A stretch of DNA of 64,000 bases from Thermoplasmatota archaeon (GTDB taxonomy: Archaea; Thermoplasmatota; E2; DHVEG-1; B18-G2). The notes below the pieces were generated by a model. The model did not search any database. It saw nothing but the letters and a program-made list of their open reading frames with translations, and was not told where the DNA came from. The translations under genes and the position numbers were made by a program. This document shows positions 49,799 through 59,007 of the stretch, piece after piece (the stretch's first letter is position 1; each line of letters begins with the position of its first letter). The stretch spans positions 1-64,000 of the forward strand of contig JAPDJO010000029.1 of assembly GCA_029259115.1 (NCBI GenBank). The letters are read 5' to 3'.

Positions 49799-50259
49799 CT
49801 AGATAACCCTCTGGAAATCAAGATTGATATTGTTATGGAAATCAAAATTCCATAAACTTCAAATCCCGGTGTTTTCTTCTTTCCATCTTCCATACTTACC
49901 TGAGGTTCTACTTCAAATTCTTGAACCCCTGTTTCGACATAGCTACCGTTTTGGAAAGATATATTAACCTTGTAGTGCACTAGAGTGGTATCATTTCTAA
50001 GCTTATATTCTGCACTGTATTTTCCTAACCCTGTTTGCTCCATATTCAAAATTTTAGGTAAAAAACATTGATCTCCTTTGCATTCCTCTATCCACAGTCT
50101 AACATCACTCACGTTACCAGTCATATTTAAGTAGAATTTAACTGTATCTCCAGCTTTTGGTTTTGATGGAGAGTATCCTATCTCTATCTTCGAAAGTGCA
50201 TTTGTAGAGAGAAAAAGTAACATCAGCATAGCTATCAGACACATCGATACTTTTCTCAT
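49795..50259 (-). CDS. Cell-surface protein with PGF-like tail
   Basis: Signal peptide; EC...QC; KKTPGFE + TM. Confidence 0.75.
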   Translation of the reverse strand: MRKVSMCLIAMLMLLFLSTNALSKIEIGYSPSKPKAGDTVKFYLNMTGNVSDVRLWIEECKGDQCFLPKILNMEQTGLGKYSAEYKLRNDTTLVHYKVNISFQNGSYVETGVQEFEVEPQVSMEDGKKKTPGFEVYGILISITISILISRGLSR

Positions 50260-50322
50260 CCTACACCCCCAATTTAACACCGTTGTGTATAGAGTATTTT
50301 TATTAGTCTGGGTGGGAATTTA

Positions 50323-51195
50323 CTAATCTTTAACGTTTTCTATTAGACCTACCAGATCTTGGGTCGTTTTTGCTCCTGCCTTTAAGTAAAAGATTCTGCC
50401 ATATTTATCGAATATTACTATCGTAGGGATTGCATTTTCCAATAGATATTTTGATGCCTCGTAATATTTATCTATACCAAATATCCAGTTGTTTATGTAA
50501 CTTCCATAGGTGGATTCTATAGAACTCACGTCATCTCCAGCTACATCAAGAGAGATTATCACAACATCTGTATCATTATGGTAGTAGTCTCTGATCTCTG
50601 ATAGATAATTCATTTGTGCCCTGCAGGCAGGGCAATTAACGCTCATGAGATCAAGGATGACTACTTTCCCTCTGTAATCGCTTAGCCTCTTTTCTTCTCC
50701 AGATAAAGTGACGAATCTGAAATCCTCCCCCTTAATCTTTCCTTGCAAGGTTAGATTTAGAACCTCGATAAATCTCTTTATAGATTCTATTTTGTCTGAT
50801 GGATTGTATATGCTATAGGCTACAAGCTTGCTAAGTTCGTTTCCATTGCTATCTAAGAATATAACGAGAGGGAACGGATTATTCATAAATTTGTACTTTG
50901 AAAGTATCTCTCCTTGCGATGGATCGTTGACATCTATTTTTATGGCAACAAAATCTTTCATCATATTAATGATGGTCTCATTAGAAAACAGATTTTTTTC
51001 TAGGGTTTCACAAAAGTCGTAACCTGGAGAACAAAAGTATAGGATGGCAGGTTTTCCCGTATTCTCCATCTTTTGCATTCCCTCATTATAATCCAGCCAT
51101 TCTATGGATTTGTGTGTCTTATTAGAAGATTGTATACATCCTGCCATTAAGAATAATATAGAGAGTGTTATTGCAACATATCTCAATCTCATCAT
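50323..51195 (-). CDS. Lipoprotein with two thioredoxin-fold domains (TlpA-like C domain)
   Basis: AGC lipobox; degenerate YDFC domain; LSDYRGKVV.LD....CPAC...IPT. Confidence 0.85.
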   Translation of the reverse strand: MMRLRYVAITLSILFLMAGCIQSSNKTHKSIEWLDYNEGMQKMENTGKPAILYFCSPGYDFCETLEKNLFSNETIINMMKDFVAIKIDVNDPSQGEILSKYKFMNNPFPLVIFLDSNGNELSKLVAYSIYNPSDKIESIKRFIEVLNLTLQGKIKGEDFRFVTLSGEEKRLSDYRGKVVILDLMSVNCPACRAQMNYLSEIRDYYHNDTDVVIISLDVAGDDVSSIESTYGSYINNWIFGIDKYYEASKYLLENAIPTIVIFDKYGRIFYLKAGAKTTQDLVGLIENVKD

Positions 51196-51205
51196 CTACC
51201 ACATC

Positions 51206-51616
51206 TCAGATCAATCCTGCAGATCTCAACTTTTCAACAAGAAATTCCTTTGGCATAGCCCCTATAATCCTATCAACAAGCTCCCCATCTCTAAATAGGA
51301 GGATAGTAGGGATACTCATTATATTATATCTCATCGCTGTCTTGGGATTATTATCAACATTCAGTTTTCCAAATACAATTTTTCCTTTCAGTTCCCTAGC
51401 CAGCTCTTCGATTACTGGAGCAATCATAAGACATGGTCCGCACCAAGGCGCCCAGCAATCTATAGCTACGTTTTTGTATTTTTTAACCATCTCATCAAAA
51501 TTCACATCGCTAACCTCTATAGGTTTATCGGGCATACTTTCCAAGTTTTCACCTTCCATATACCTCTTTCTGAGTTCTTCAAGCTTCCTCCTTCTAAGCA
51601 TCTCCAGTTCGTCCAT
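51206..51616 (-). CDS. trxA: Thioredoxin
   Basis: WAPWCGPC, SIPT; start MDELE. Confidence 0.94.
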   Translation of the reverse strand: MDELEMLRRRKLEELRKRYMEGENLESMPDKPIEVSDVNFDEMVKKYKNVAIDCWAPWCGPCLMIAPVIEELARELKGKIVFGKLNVDNNPKTAMRYNIMSIPTILLFRDGELVDRIIGAMPKEFLVEKLRSAGLI

Positions 51617-51646
51617 GCAAGCCTGTAAACGATAAAGACATATATA

Positions 51647-51677
51647 AACGTTTGTGCAAATTTTATGCACAAACGTT
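51647..51677. promoter_or_regulatory. Perfect 12-bp inverted repeat between divergent TATA boxes (candidate operator)
   Basis: AACGTTTGTGCA-N7-TGCACAAACGTT flanked by TATA elements on both strands. Confidence 0.72.
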
Positions 51678-51705
51678 ATAAACCTTTAGATAATTCTCAG
51701 AATGA

Positions 51706-52047
51706 ATGGATGATAATCTCTGCAGAGACATCATGAAACGGATATTAGATTTGAGAGATACAGATATCGCTGTCTACAGGGAACTTCTGAAGATTAAAAA
51801 AGCTAGAGTGAAGGATATATCAAAGATTATTGGAAGAGATAGGACGACTATTCAGAGATCTCTGAATAGACTGGTAAACGCCGGCCTTTGCTGTAAAGAA
51901 AAGAAGATTATGAAAAATGGAGGGTATTTCTATGTCTATCACTTGAAAGAATCAGAAGAAATAAAATCTATTTTGGAAAGTTGTCTAGATAACTGGTATT
52001 ATAAAATCAAGGAGAGACTTAAATTGGAAAATGAGATGTTAGTTTAA
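51706..52047 (+). CDS. TrmB-like winged-helix transcription regulator with four Cys
   Basis: L...D..VY..L...V..I...DRTT.QRSL..L...GL...GGY.Y.Y. Confidence 0.85.
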   Translation: MDDNLCRDIMKRILDLRDTDIAVYRELLKIKKARVKDISKIIGRDRTTIQRSLNRLVNAGLCCKEKKIMKNGGYFYVYHLKESEEIKSILESCLDNWYYKIKERLKLENEMLV

Positions 52048-52143
52048 CAAACTCTTTATCCTTCTTTCGACAACGAAGCTCTTTGCTACCTCTTCTATCT
52101 CCTTTGCCTGTTCAGCGGTTGAAACCAAACCGACTATGAACAT
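52039..52143 (-). CDS. Small protein (34 aa), paralogue of 10860..11006
   Basis: MFIVGLVSTAEQAKEIEEVAKSFVVERRIKSLLN*; GGAGGTG RBS; TTTATAAA 52187-52180. Confidence 0.75.
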   Translation of the reverse strand: MFIVGLVSTAEQAKEIEEVAKSFVVERRIKSLLN

Positions 52144-52179
52144 TTCTTTACCACCTCCAAGTAAAATTTTGTCTGAGAG

Positions 52180-52210
52180 TTTATAAATGAATTTTTGTAC
52201 AAATGTTATC
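52180..52210 (-). promoter_or_regulatory. Conserved motif GATAACATTTGTACA plus TATA box (site B)
   Basis: Motif 52210-52196, 8 nt before TTTATAAA. Confidence 0.7.
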
Positions 52211-52808
52211 GATTGAGCTCATCCAATCTGTCAATCATTGATGTAACCAAATTTATCAACTTTTCGATACTTGTCTCATCTTCTAAAATTGTATTGACCT
52301 TTATTTCTATCTCACCATTATCAAGGGAGATGATAGGGTATAGATGTTCTGCATCGATTATCTTCTCTTGGATTCGATAATCCAGCAAATCGCGAATCAT
52401 ATCTTGATTATTTCCTTTGATTACAAATCTGCTATCAAAATAGTCAGATCCTATCTCCACCTCTTTTTCCACTCCCACTTTCTTCAAAATATCAAACATT
52501 TTCCCCTCCTTGAAAATATACATTTCAAGATCTTGAGAGAAAGTTGTAGTTGCTGACACTATGGTTTGTGAGGGAGAGTATTTGCTGCCTAAATAAAAAC
52601 GTAGGGAAACGATTCTGTTTTTGTAATTAAACTTCAAAGATGGGAGTCTAAAGGAGGGTTTTGATACCTTCCCTCCTCTTTTGATTGCTATTGATTCTAG
52701 GATTTCTATAAGTTTTCTCCTTTTTCGTGGAAAAGTAACGATGTATACAACAATACCCACTACTAAAATTACGATCCACAGCAATACTAGGATTTCTGTG
52801 TAGTCCAT
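52206..52808 (-). CDS. Hypothetical membrane-anchored protein
   Basis: N-terminal TM; G..FD.RFVI.G motif. Confidence 0.75.
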   Translation of the reverse strand: MDYTEILVLLWIVILVVGIVVYIVTFPRKRRKLIEILESIAIKRGGKVSKPSFRLPSLKFNYKNRIVSLRFYLGSKYSPSQTIVSATTTFSQDLEMYIFKEGKMFDILKKVGVEKEVEIGSDYFDSRFVIKGNNQDMIRDLLDYRIQEKIIDAEHLYPIISLDNGEIEIKVNTILEDETSIEKLINLVTSMIDRLDELNR

Positions 52809-52899
52809 ACCTCTAAATCGATTTTTTATTTGAAAAGTTTTGGAGTATGCAAAACCTTTTATTCTGAATCTCTATTCTGGGTTCGGGAGGTAGAGAGTT

Positions 52900-54342
52900 A
52901 TGACATCCATCCTTGATCTTGAGCCCAAAATAGTATGGAAGCATTTTGATGAGATCAGAAAAATACCCCGTTGCTCAAAACATGAAGAGAAAATTAGAGA
53001 ATACATCGTAAATTTTGCAAAACAGCACAACTTGGAATACCAGGTAGACAAAGCAGGGAATGTTGTTATAAGAAAGCCTGCTAGTCAAGGAATGGAAAAT
53101 AAGCCGATGGTTGTCCTCCAATCTCACATGGATATGGTTTGCGAGAAGAACAAAGATGTGGAGCATGATTTTTCCAAGGACCCAATAAAGGTCAAGATAG
53201 AAGGAGAGTGGGTAACAGCTGAAGGTACTACTCTGGGAGCTGATGATGGTATAGGCGTCGCAACGGCTTTAGCCATACTCGAAGATAAAAATCTAAAGCA
53301 CCCTCCGATAGAAGCATTGTTTACAGTAGATGAAGAAACTGGTCTAACAGGAGCGTTTGCTCTAGAAAAAGATTTTCTAAAGGGAAGGATAATGATAAAT
53401 CTGGATAGCGAAGATTTTGGTGTGATCTATGTTGGTTGTGCAGGAGGAGGAGATTCTACCCTAAAATTGTCTATAAAGAGGGAGAATATACCAACTGGTA
53501 TGAGAGTATTTGAAGTATCGGTAACTGGTCTCAGAGGAGGACATTCTGGCTGTGATATACACGAACAGAGGGGTAATGCTATAAAGATACTAGCCAGGAT
53601 TTTATGGAAAGTAAAAAAAGATATGGAGATCAGAATAATAGATATAACTGGTGGGGACAAACACAATGCCATTCCTAGAGAAGCAAAGGCTATTGTTGCT
53701 GTAAGTGATGAAGATAAATTCAGAGAGATTGTTGAGAGTGAAGCTAGAGATATACTAGAAGAGATCAAACCTGTAGATCCAGATATGAAAGTTGATATAA
53801 AGGGTTCTAAAGGAGAAAAAGCTCTCGACGTCGAATCTACAAACAAGGTTATAGATCTTCTATACGCCTTGCCTCACGGAGTACTTGCAATGAGTTATGA
53901 CATACCTGATCTAGTTGAAACCTCTACGAATCTAGCAAAGATAAGAGTGGAAGGAGATAAAGTAACGATAGTTATGAGTTCTAGGAGTTCAAGTAAAACA
54001 GAGTTGCAGGCTACCAGAGATAGAATAAGAGCAATAGCAACTTTGGCTGGAGCAGAAGTTGAGGAGGGATCAACATATCCAGGATGGAAACCAAATCTGC
54101 AATCAAAAATTCTTGCTATAGCAAAAGAGGTTTTCAAAGATCTATTTGGAAAGGATCCAGAGATAAAGGCAATACATGCAGGATTAGAGACAGGAGTCAT
54201 AGGTGAGAAATTCCCAGGAATGGACATGATATCGATAGGGCCTGATGTTAGAAATCCACACTCTCCAGACGAAAAGGTTCACATCGGCTCGGTAGAAAAA
54301 TTCTACAAGTATGTGACGAAAATACTGGAGAAAATAGAGTAA
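52900..54342 (+). CDS. pepD: Aminoacyl-histidine dipeptidase (M20C)
   Basis: QSHMDMV, TLGADDGIG, DEETG, GGHSG, IHAGLE, HSPDE. Confidence 0.94.
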   Translation: MTSILDLEPKIVWKHFDEIRKIPRCSKHEEKIREYIVNFAKQHNLEYQVDKAGNVVIRKPASQGMENKPMVVLQSHMDMVCEKNKDVEHDFSKDPIKVKIEGEWVTAEGTTLGADDGIGVATALAILEDKNLKHPPIEALFTVDEETGLTGAFALEKDFLKGRIMINLDSEDFGVIYVGCAGGGDSTLKLSIKRENIPTGMRVFEVSVTGLRGGHSGCDIHEQRGNAIKILARILWKVKKDMEIRIIDITGGDKHNAIPREAKAIVAVSDEDKFREIVESEARDILEEIKPVDPDMKVDIKGSKGEKALDVESTNKVIDLLYALPHGVLAMSYDIPDLVETSTNLAKIRVEGDKVTIVMSSRSSSKTELQATRDRIRAIATLAGAEVEEGSTYPGWKPNLQSKILAIAKEVFKDLFGKDPEIKAIHAGLETGVIGEKFPGMDMISIGPDVRNPHSPDEKVHIGSVEKFYKYVTKILEKIE

Positions 54343-54387
54343 TTTGACAAAACATTTATATACTAGCTCTTACCTATAGATGGGTGT

Positions 54388-54579
54388 ATGGTTGAAGATG
54401 TAACTGTTAAGACGGATAATTTGCAAAAGTTATTTCTAGATGAGGTCACAATAGAAAACGAAGAAGATGAACTAGCCTTTTTCATGAATAGATTCAATCT
54501 TAACATCGAGAACCTAGAAGCCATGCCTGCACTAAAAGAGCATATCGAACCCCTTCTATCCAGGACAGAGGAAGAATAA
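54388..54579 (+). CDS. Small acidic hypothetical protein
   Basis: 63 aa; TTTATATA upstream and GGGTG RBS-like sequence. Confidence 0.6.
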   Translation: MVEDVTVKTDNLQKLFLDEVTIENEEDELAFFMNRFNLNIENLEAMPALKEHIEPLLSRTEEE

Positions 54580-54636
54580 TCGAGAAATCCGAAAGCGATA
54601 TAAGCTATTGGCAGATACTTCTTACCAGGGGTGATC

Positions 54637-55848
54637 ATGAATCTAGAGAGGCTATTTTCAAAAAGAACAAGGACAATGAGACCGTCAGAGATTAGAGAAT
54701 TGCTCAAATTAACACAACAACCAGATATCATATCGTTTGCTGGAGGATTACCTAATCCTAACGCATTTCCTATAAACGAACTTCAGGATGTCGTTAAAAA
54801 AGTTTTAGATAAGGATGGTAAGCTTGCTTTACAGTATGGTCCAACTGAAGGTATCAGAGCTTTAAGGAATACCCTCGCAAACAGATGTGCAAAAGATGGT
54901 ATAGATGCAACATCTGACAATATCTTGATAACGACAGGTTCTCAGCAGGGACTGGATGTTCTGGGTAGAATATTTTTGGATCCCGGGGATACGATAATAG
55001 TTGAGTTACCAACCTATTTGGGAGCGATAAATGCTTTTAGAGCATATGAAATAAACTTTGAAGGTATACCTTTAGATAAGGATGGGATGCAGGTCGATCT
55101 CTTAGAAGAGAAAATAAAAGAGTTGCAGAAGAAGGGCATTGTTCCAAAATTCATCTACGTTGTCCCAACTTTCCAGAACCCTGCAGGCGTAGTTATGCCA
55201 GAGAGTAGAAGGAAAAAACTAGTGGATATAGCAAATGATTATGATTTGATTGTTATAGAGGATGATCCCTATGGAAAGCTGATTTACGAAGGAGAGGCTG
55301 TAAAACCCATAAAAAGTTTTGATGATGAGGGAAGGGTCATATATCTATCCACTTTCTCCAAGATCCTTGCTCCTGGCTTCAGACTGGCGTGGATTGTTGC
55401 ATCTCAAGAGCTCATTAGAAAGTTGTCTGTAGGTAAACAAGCTTTGGATCTTTGCACAAATACATTTGCACAATTTATAGCTAACGAATTTATAGAAAGC
55501 GGTTATTTGGATTTGCATATTATGAGAATAATAGAAATGTATAGACCCAAAAGGGATAAGATGATTGAAGCTATAAAGAAATACTTCCCACCAGACACGA
55601 TATGTCATAAACCCAGAGGAGGAATGTTTGCCTGGGCGACTATCCCTGGAAATATAGACACAGAAGAAATGTTCCTAGATGCCATAAAAGAGAAGGTTGC
55701 GTATATACATGGAAAAGCGTTCTATGTTAATGGTGGAGGAGCAAACTCCATGAGGCTCAACTTTTCCTATTCATCCGAGGAACTGATAGAAGAGGGTATA
55801 AGGAGATTAGGGAGAGTCATAGAAAGAAAGTTGAAAGAATCGAAATGA
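54637..55848 (+). CDS. PLP-dependent aminotransferase class I/II (LysN/aromatic type)
   Basis: SFAGGLP, LQYG, FQNP.G, EDDPY, TFSKILAPG.R. Confidence 0.93.
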   Translation: MNLERLFSKRTRTMRPSEIRELLKLTQQPDIISFAGGLPNPNAFPINELQDVVKKVLDKDGKLALQYGPTEGIRALRNTLANRCAKDGIDATSDNILITTGSQQGLDVLGRIFLDPGDTIIVELPTYLGAINAFRAYEINFEGIPLDKDGMQVDLLEEKIKELQKKGIVPKFIYVVPTFQNPAGVVMPESRRKKLVDIANDYDLIVIEDDPYGKLIYEGEAVKPIKSFDDEGRVIYLSTFSKILAPGFRLAWIVASQELIRKLSVGKQALDLCTNTFAQFIANEFIESGYLDLHIMRIIEMYRPKRDKMIEAIKKYFPPDTICHKPRGGMFAWATIPGNIDTEEMFLDAIKEKVAYIHGKAFYVNGGGANSMRLNFSYSSEELIEEGIRRLGRVIERKLKESK

Positions 55849-57395
55849 GATTATCATATTTCCTTCTGATGTTTATTTTGTTAATTCCGGCACTTTCAGG
55901 TTGTATAATAAATTTTAAGAAGGTTCACTGTGACATAATAAGCTATCATATAATAGACAATAACGGCAGACTAGGAGTGAAATTGTATTATAATTCTACA
56001 GACAACATTACATTCAAGTCCATGGATGCCTCTGGAAAAGAAATCGATAGACTATTTGTTACTCGAAGACTCGGTGAAGTTATCCTGAATCTGTCATCCT
56101 ATCACACAAATCCTCCCGATGGAATCTACAAAATACTGGCATATGATGTCTTTGGAAACAAAATAGAAGAATTTGGTATCAATATCGAAAGACCTTCTCT
56201 CAGCATTGAGAACGTAAATCTGACTTGGTGGAAGGAGGGAAAAGATTCTTACTCCATAGTTGAAATTAGAGTGTATGTAAAAAACAGCGGAGATATACCT
56301 ATATATATCGATAAGGTTTATGTCAAAATAGAAAATATCTCCCTAGACATAAAAACACTCGAAAATGTTGTACAACCTGGATATGGAAATGTGACTCTCT
56401 CTTTGTATGTTAATTCCCTGAAAGTAAAAGAATACAATCTCTCCCTAACCATGGTTGATCTGGATAACAACCCTCTAGCACAAGGAACTTTCTTAATTTC
56501 ACCAAATGTTGATCTGAAACAGGATCGCTTTTCTAAATCTTGGAGATTCGGAAAAAAGACATACTCCCTCACTGTACCTCTCCCTGAAGGACTTTACAAT
56601 TACTGCTCGTCATTTCCAAGACTGAATTTAGAGGACTACTCATTTTATGCCATAGATCCAAAAGTTCAAGGATTCGTAGACATGCTCGCAAGGAAACTGA
56701 AATCTATGTACAGAGGTAATGATATTATAGACTTTGTTGCATCGTTTGCTCAAAGTATAGAATATAGAAACGAAAGTGGAGAATACCCGAAATACCCTAT
56801 AGAACTGCTGCATGATAGATATGGGGATTGTGAAGATAAGGCAATACTAACCTCTTCTATTCTCTACAAGCTTGGTTACGATGTCTGCCTTATAAGGTTC
56901 GAAGATCATATGGCTGTCGGCGTATATCTGGGAGGTGATAGCTATCAAGGAAAAGTATATTACACCGATGACCAAGGAAAACAATACATCTATCTCGAGA
57001 CATCAAGTAAGGGCTGGAAGCTTGGGGAAGCTGATAAAGAGTATAGCCATGCAATGAATTATACGATTCATCATGTCACAGATAAGCCTATTCTTATACA
57101 GATGTGTAAACCTCCAGTTAGGCACCAGATAGGAAATAAAGACTATATAGATCTATCCTCCACAGTTATCAATATGGGAAATAAAGATGCCGATAATGTA
57201 AAGCTTAGAATCAAAGTAGAGGTATACGGCAGCGAGATAACTGTAGCTGAGAGTGATACGATTTATATAGGAGAAGGTAGAGGGGAAGATGTATACATAA
57301 AGTTTAACACTCCAAATCTCGAATTCTCCAAGATGTTTGTCGTTGTTATAAGCAATGGTAGAGAGGTTACAAGATCTTCTTTTGTGTTCCTATAG
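55845..57395 (+). CDS. Lipoprotein with transglutaminase-like domain
   Basis: LSGC lipobox; YP.E.L....GDCEDKAIL, HMAVGV, YLET. Confidence 0.85.
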   Translation: MRLSYFLLMFILLIPALSGCIINFKKVHCDIISYHIIDNNGRLGVKLYYNSTDNITFKSMDASGKEIDRLFVTRRLGEVILNLSSYHTNPPDGIYKILAYDVFGNKIEEFGINIERPSLSIENVNLTWWKEGKDSYSIVEIRVYVKNSGDIPIYIDKVYVKIENISLDIKTLENVVQPGYGNVTLSLYVNSLKVKEYNLSLTMVDLDNNPLAQGTFLISPNVDLKQDRFSKSWRFGKKTYSLTVPLPEGLYNYCSSFPRLNLEDYSFYAIDPKVQGFVDMLARKLKSMYRGNDIIDFVASFAQSIEYRNESGEYPKYPIELLHDRYGDCEDKAILTSSILYKLGYDVCLIRFEDHMAVGVYLGGDSYQGKVYYTDDQGKQYIYLETSSKGWKLGEADKEYSHAMNYTIHHVTDKPILIQMCKPPVRHQIGNKDYIDLSSTVINMGNKDADNVKLRIKVEVYGSEITVAESDTIYIGEGRGEDVYIKFNTPNLEFSKMFVVVISNGREVTRSSFVFL

Positions 57396-57432
57396 AAAGT
57401 TTTAAAGCCTCTATCTTATAGATATATTCTAC

Positions 57433-57746
57433 GGCGCCAGGAGTAGGTGGGCGGCTGACGGTGAAGGGGTATACCCTTCGCTGAGGAAAGTCCCCCCTCA
57501 CTCTGGGCCGGGGTGCCGCGCAAGCGGCAGGGACGAGAGTCCCTACAGGAGGAACAGAAACGACACAGCCAGCGGGAAAGGCGATGATGGATTTGATCCT
57601 GAGGTCCCCGCTGGATTTGGTGAAACGGCCCCTGTCCCCGGAGCAAGCCCAAGCAGCGGGATCGGCTGCCCAGACCGCCCGCGGGTAGGGCGCATAGTAG
57701 AATGCCGCCTAAAACAGAAGGGGGCTTACGGCCTACACCTGGCGCC
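57433..57746 (+). ncRNA. rnpB: RNase P RNA (archaeal type A)
   Basis: GC-rich island; GAGGAAAGTCC and AACAGAA...GGCTTA P4 halves; P1 GGCGCCAGG/CCTGGCGCC; GNRA-capped P8/P9. Confidence 0.96.
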
Positions 57747-57787
57747 AATCAAAACATTAAATATTTTCTACACCCTCCGCTCTTGCT

Positions 57788-58642
57788 GTGACACTAAGTA
57801 AAAAGGGAAAAGGAATTTCCTCGCTTATTACAGCATCCCTACTCTGGGGAACATCATTTCCAGCAATAAAGATAGCTGTATCAAATGTAAACGAGCTTAC
57901 TTACACTTGGACAAGAGCTGGATTTGCTCTTATTTTTCTTTTGCCATATGTTATTGCTAACAGGAAGAAGATAGACAAAAAAGTAATGAAAGGCGGCATA
58001 CTCGCTGGTTCTACATATGCTATCGGGATATGGCTGCAAGGTTGGGGAACAAGATTTACCACTGCTTCGAATTCCGCATTTATAACAGGCTTATACATGG
58101 TTTTTGTTCATGCATACATCGCTATATTGGTTAGAAGATACAGCAAAAAGCTTTCCCTGTCTCTGATTTTGGCTCTGACAGGATTATATCTATTAACCAG
58201 ACCTGACATGCATCTAAATGTCGGAGATTTTCTAGTTCTGCTAAGCGCTTTCCTCTGGGCTGCAAACATCCTGATAATAGATAGATATGCTGACAAAGAC
58301 CCTCTTTTGATAACATTCTTTGAGATGATACCTTCTGTTTTCTTCCTTATGCCAGATATAAGTCTAAATGGCTTCCCAACCTTGAATATCGATCAGTTTG
58401 CTGTGTTGATGTATCTTGGATTTGTATGTAGTGATGGAGCAACAGTATTTCAGGTTTATGGGCAAAGATTTATAGAGCCTGCTGCTGCTTCTGTGATATA
58501 TCTTATAGAGCCGGTATCTGCCTCTCTATTTTCTTTTGCTCTTCTAGGAGAGGTTATGAATCCTTACCAGCTGTCTGGTGCTACATTTATACTCTCAGCA
58601 ATGGCTATAGCATCAACTGAAAAGATTATAGTAAAGGGTTAG
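57788..58642 (+). CDS. EamA/DMT family transporter
   Basis: LWGTSF, TTASNSAFITG, EPV.A; about 10 TM. Confidence 0.92.
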   Translation: MTLSKKGKGISSLITASLLWGTSFPAIKIAVSNVNELTYTWTRAGFALIFLLPYVIANRKKIDKKVMKGGILAGSTYAIGIWLQGWGTRFTTASNSAFITGLYMVFVHAYIAILVRRYSKKLSLSLILALTGLYLLTRPDMHLNVGDFLVLLSAFLWAANILIIDRYADKDPLLITFFEMIPSVFFLMPDISLNGFPTLNIDQFAVLMYLGFVCSDGATVFQVYGQRFIEPAAASVIYLIEPVSASLFSFALLGEVMNPYQLSGATFILSAMAIASTEKIIVKG

Positions 58643-58646
58643 CATT

Positions 58647-58769
58647 TTAGTTATTTATCAATTTATATATTATCTGCTTTGCCTTCATTGGATTATAACC
58701 TTTATGGATCAGGTGAATATAGACAGCATCTAAGTAAAGGTCTCTCAGACATTTTTCTCGGTTGATCAT
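58647..58769 (-). CDS. Small protein (40 aa)
   Basis: MINREKCLRDLYLDAVYIHLIHKGYNPMKAKQIIYKLINN*; AGGTGGGG RBS; TATA and shared upstream motif. Confidence 0.68.
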   Translation of the reverse strand: MINREKCLRDLYLDAVYIHLIHKGYNPMKAKQIIYKLINN

Positions 58770-58804
58770 CTACCCCACCTAATTCAATTTCTGATTTTAC
58801 AGCC

Positions 58805-58832
58805 TATAAAGAGTTGTTGTACAAGTGTTATC
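58805..58832 (-). promoter_or_regulatory. Conserved motif GATAACACTTGTACA plus TATA box (site C)
   Basis: Motif 58832-58818, 7 nt before TTTATA. Confidence 0.7.
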
Positions 58833-59007
58833 AAAATTGATAGAAAATTATTCTGGAATTTTGTTTTAATAAATTTATAAAATATATTTATATTATGCTT
58901 TATGGGGAGAAAAAGAGATCAATTTAAACTAGAAAAAACGCCAGACTCTCCCCACTCCTCCTATTTTATATTTAGAGGAAAAATTGGAATAAAATTAGAA
59001 AGGAGGA

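Noticed and set aside
57416-57748. 110-aa minus-strand ORF
   Set aside because: Shadow of GC-rich RNase P RNA
58903-58953. TGGGGAGA/TCTCCCCA inverted repeat downstream of thermosome
   Set aside because: Only about 8 bp with a long spacer; compatible with chance or a terminator region
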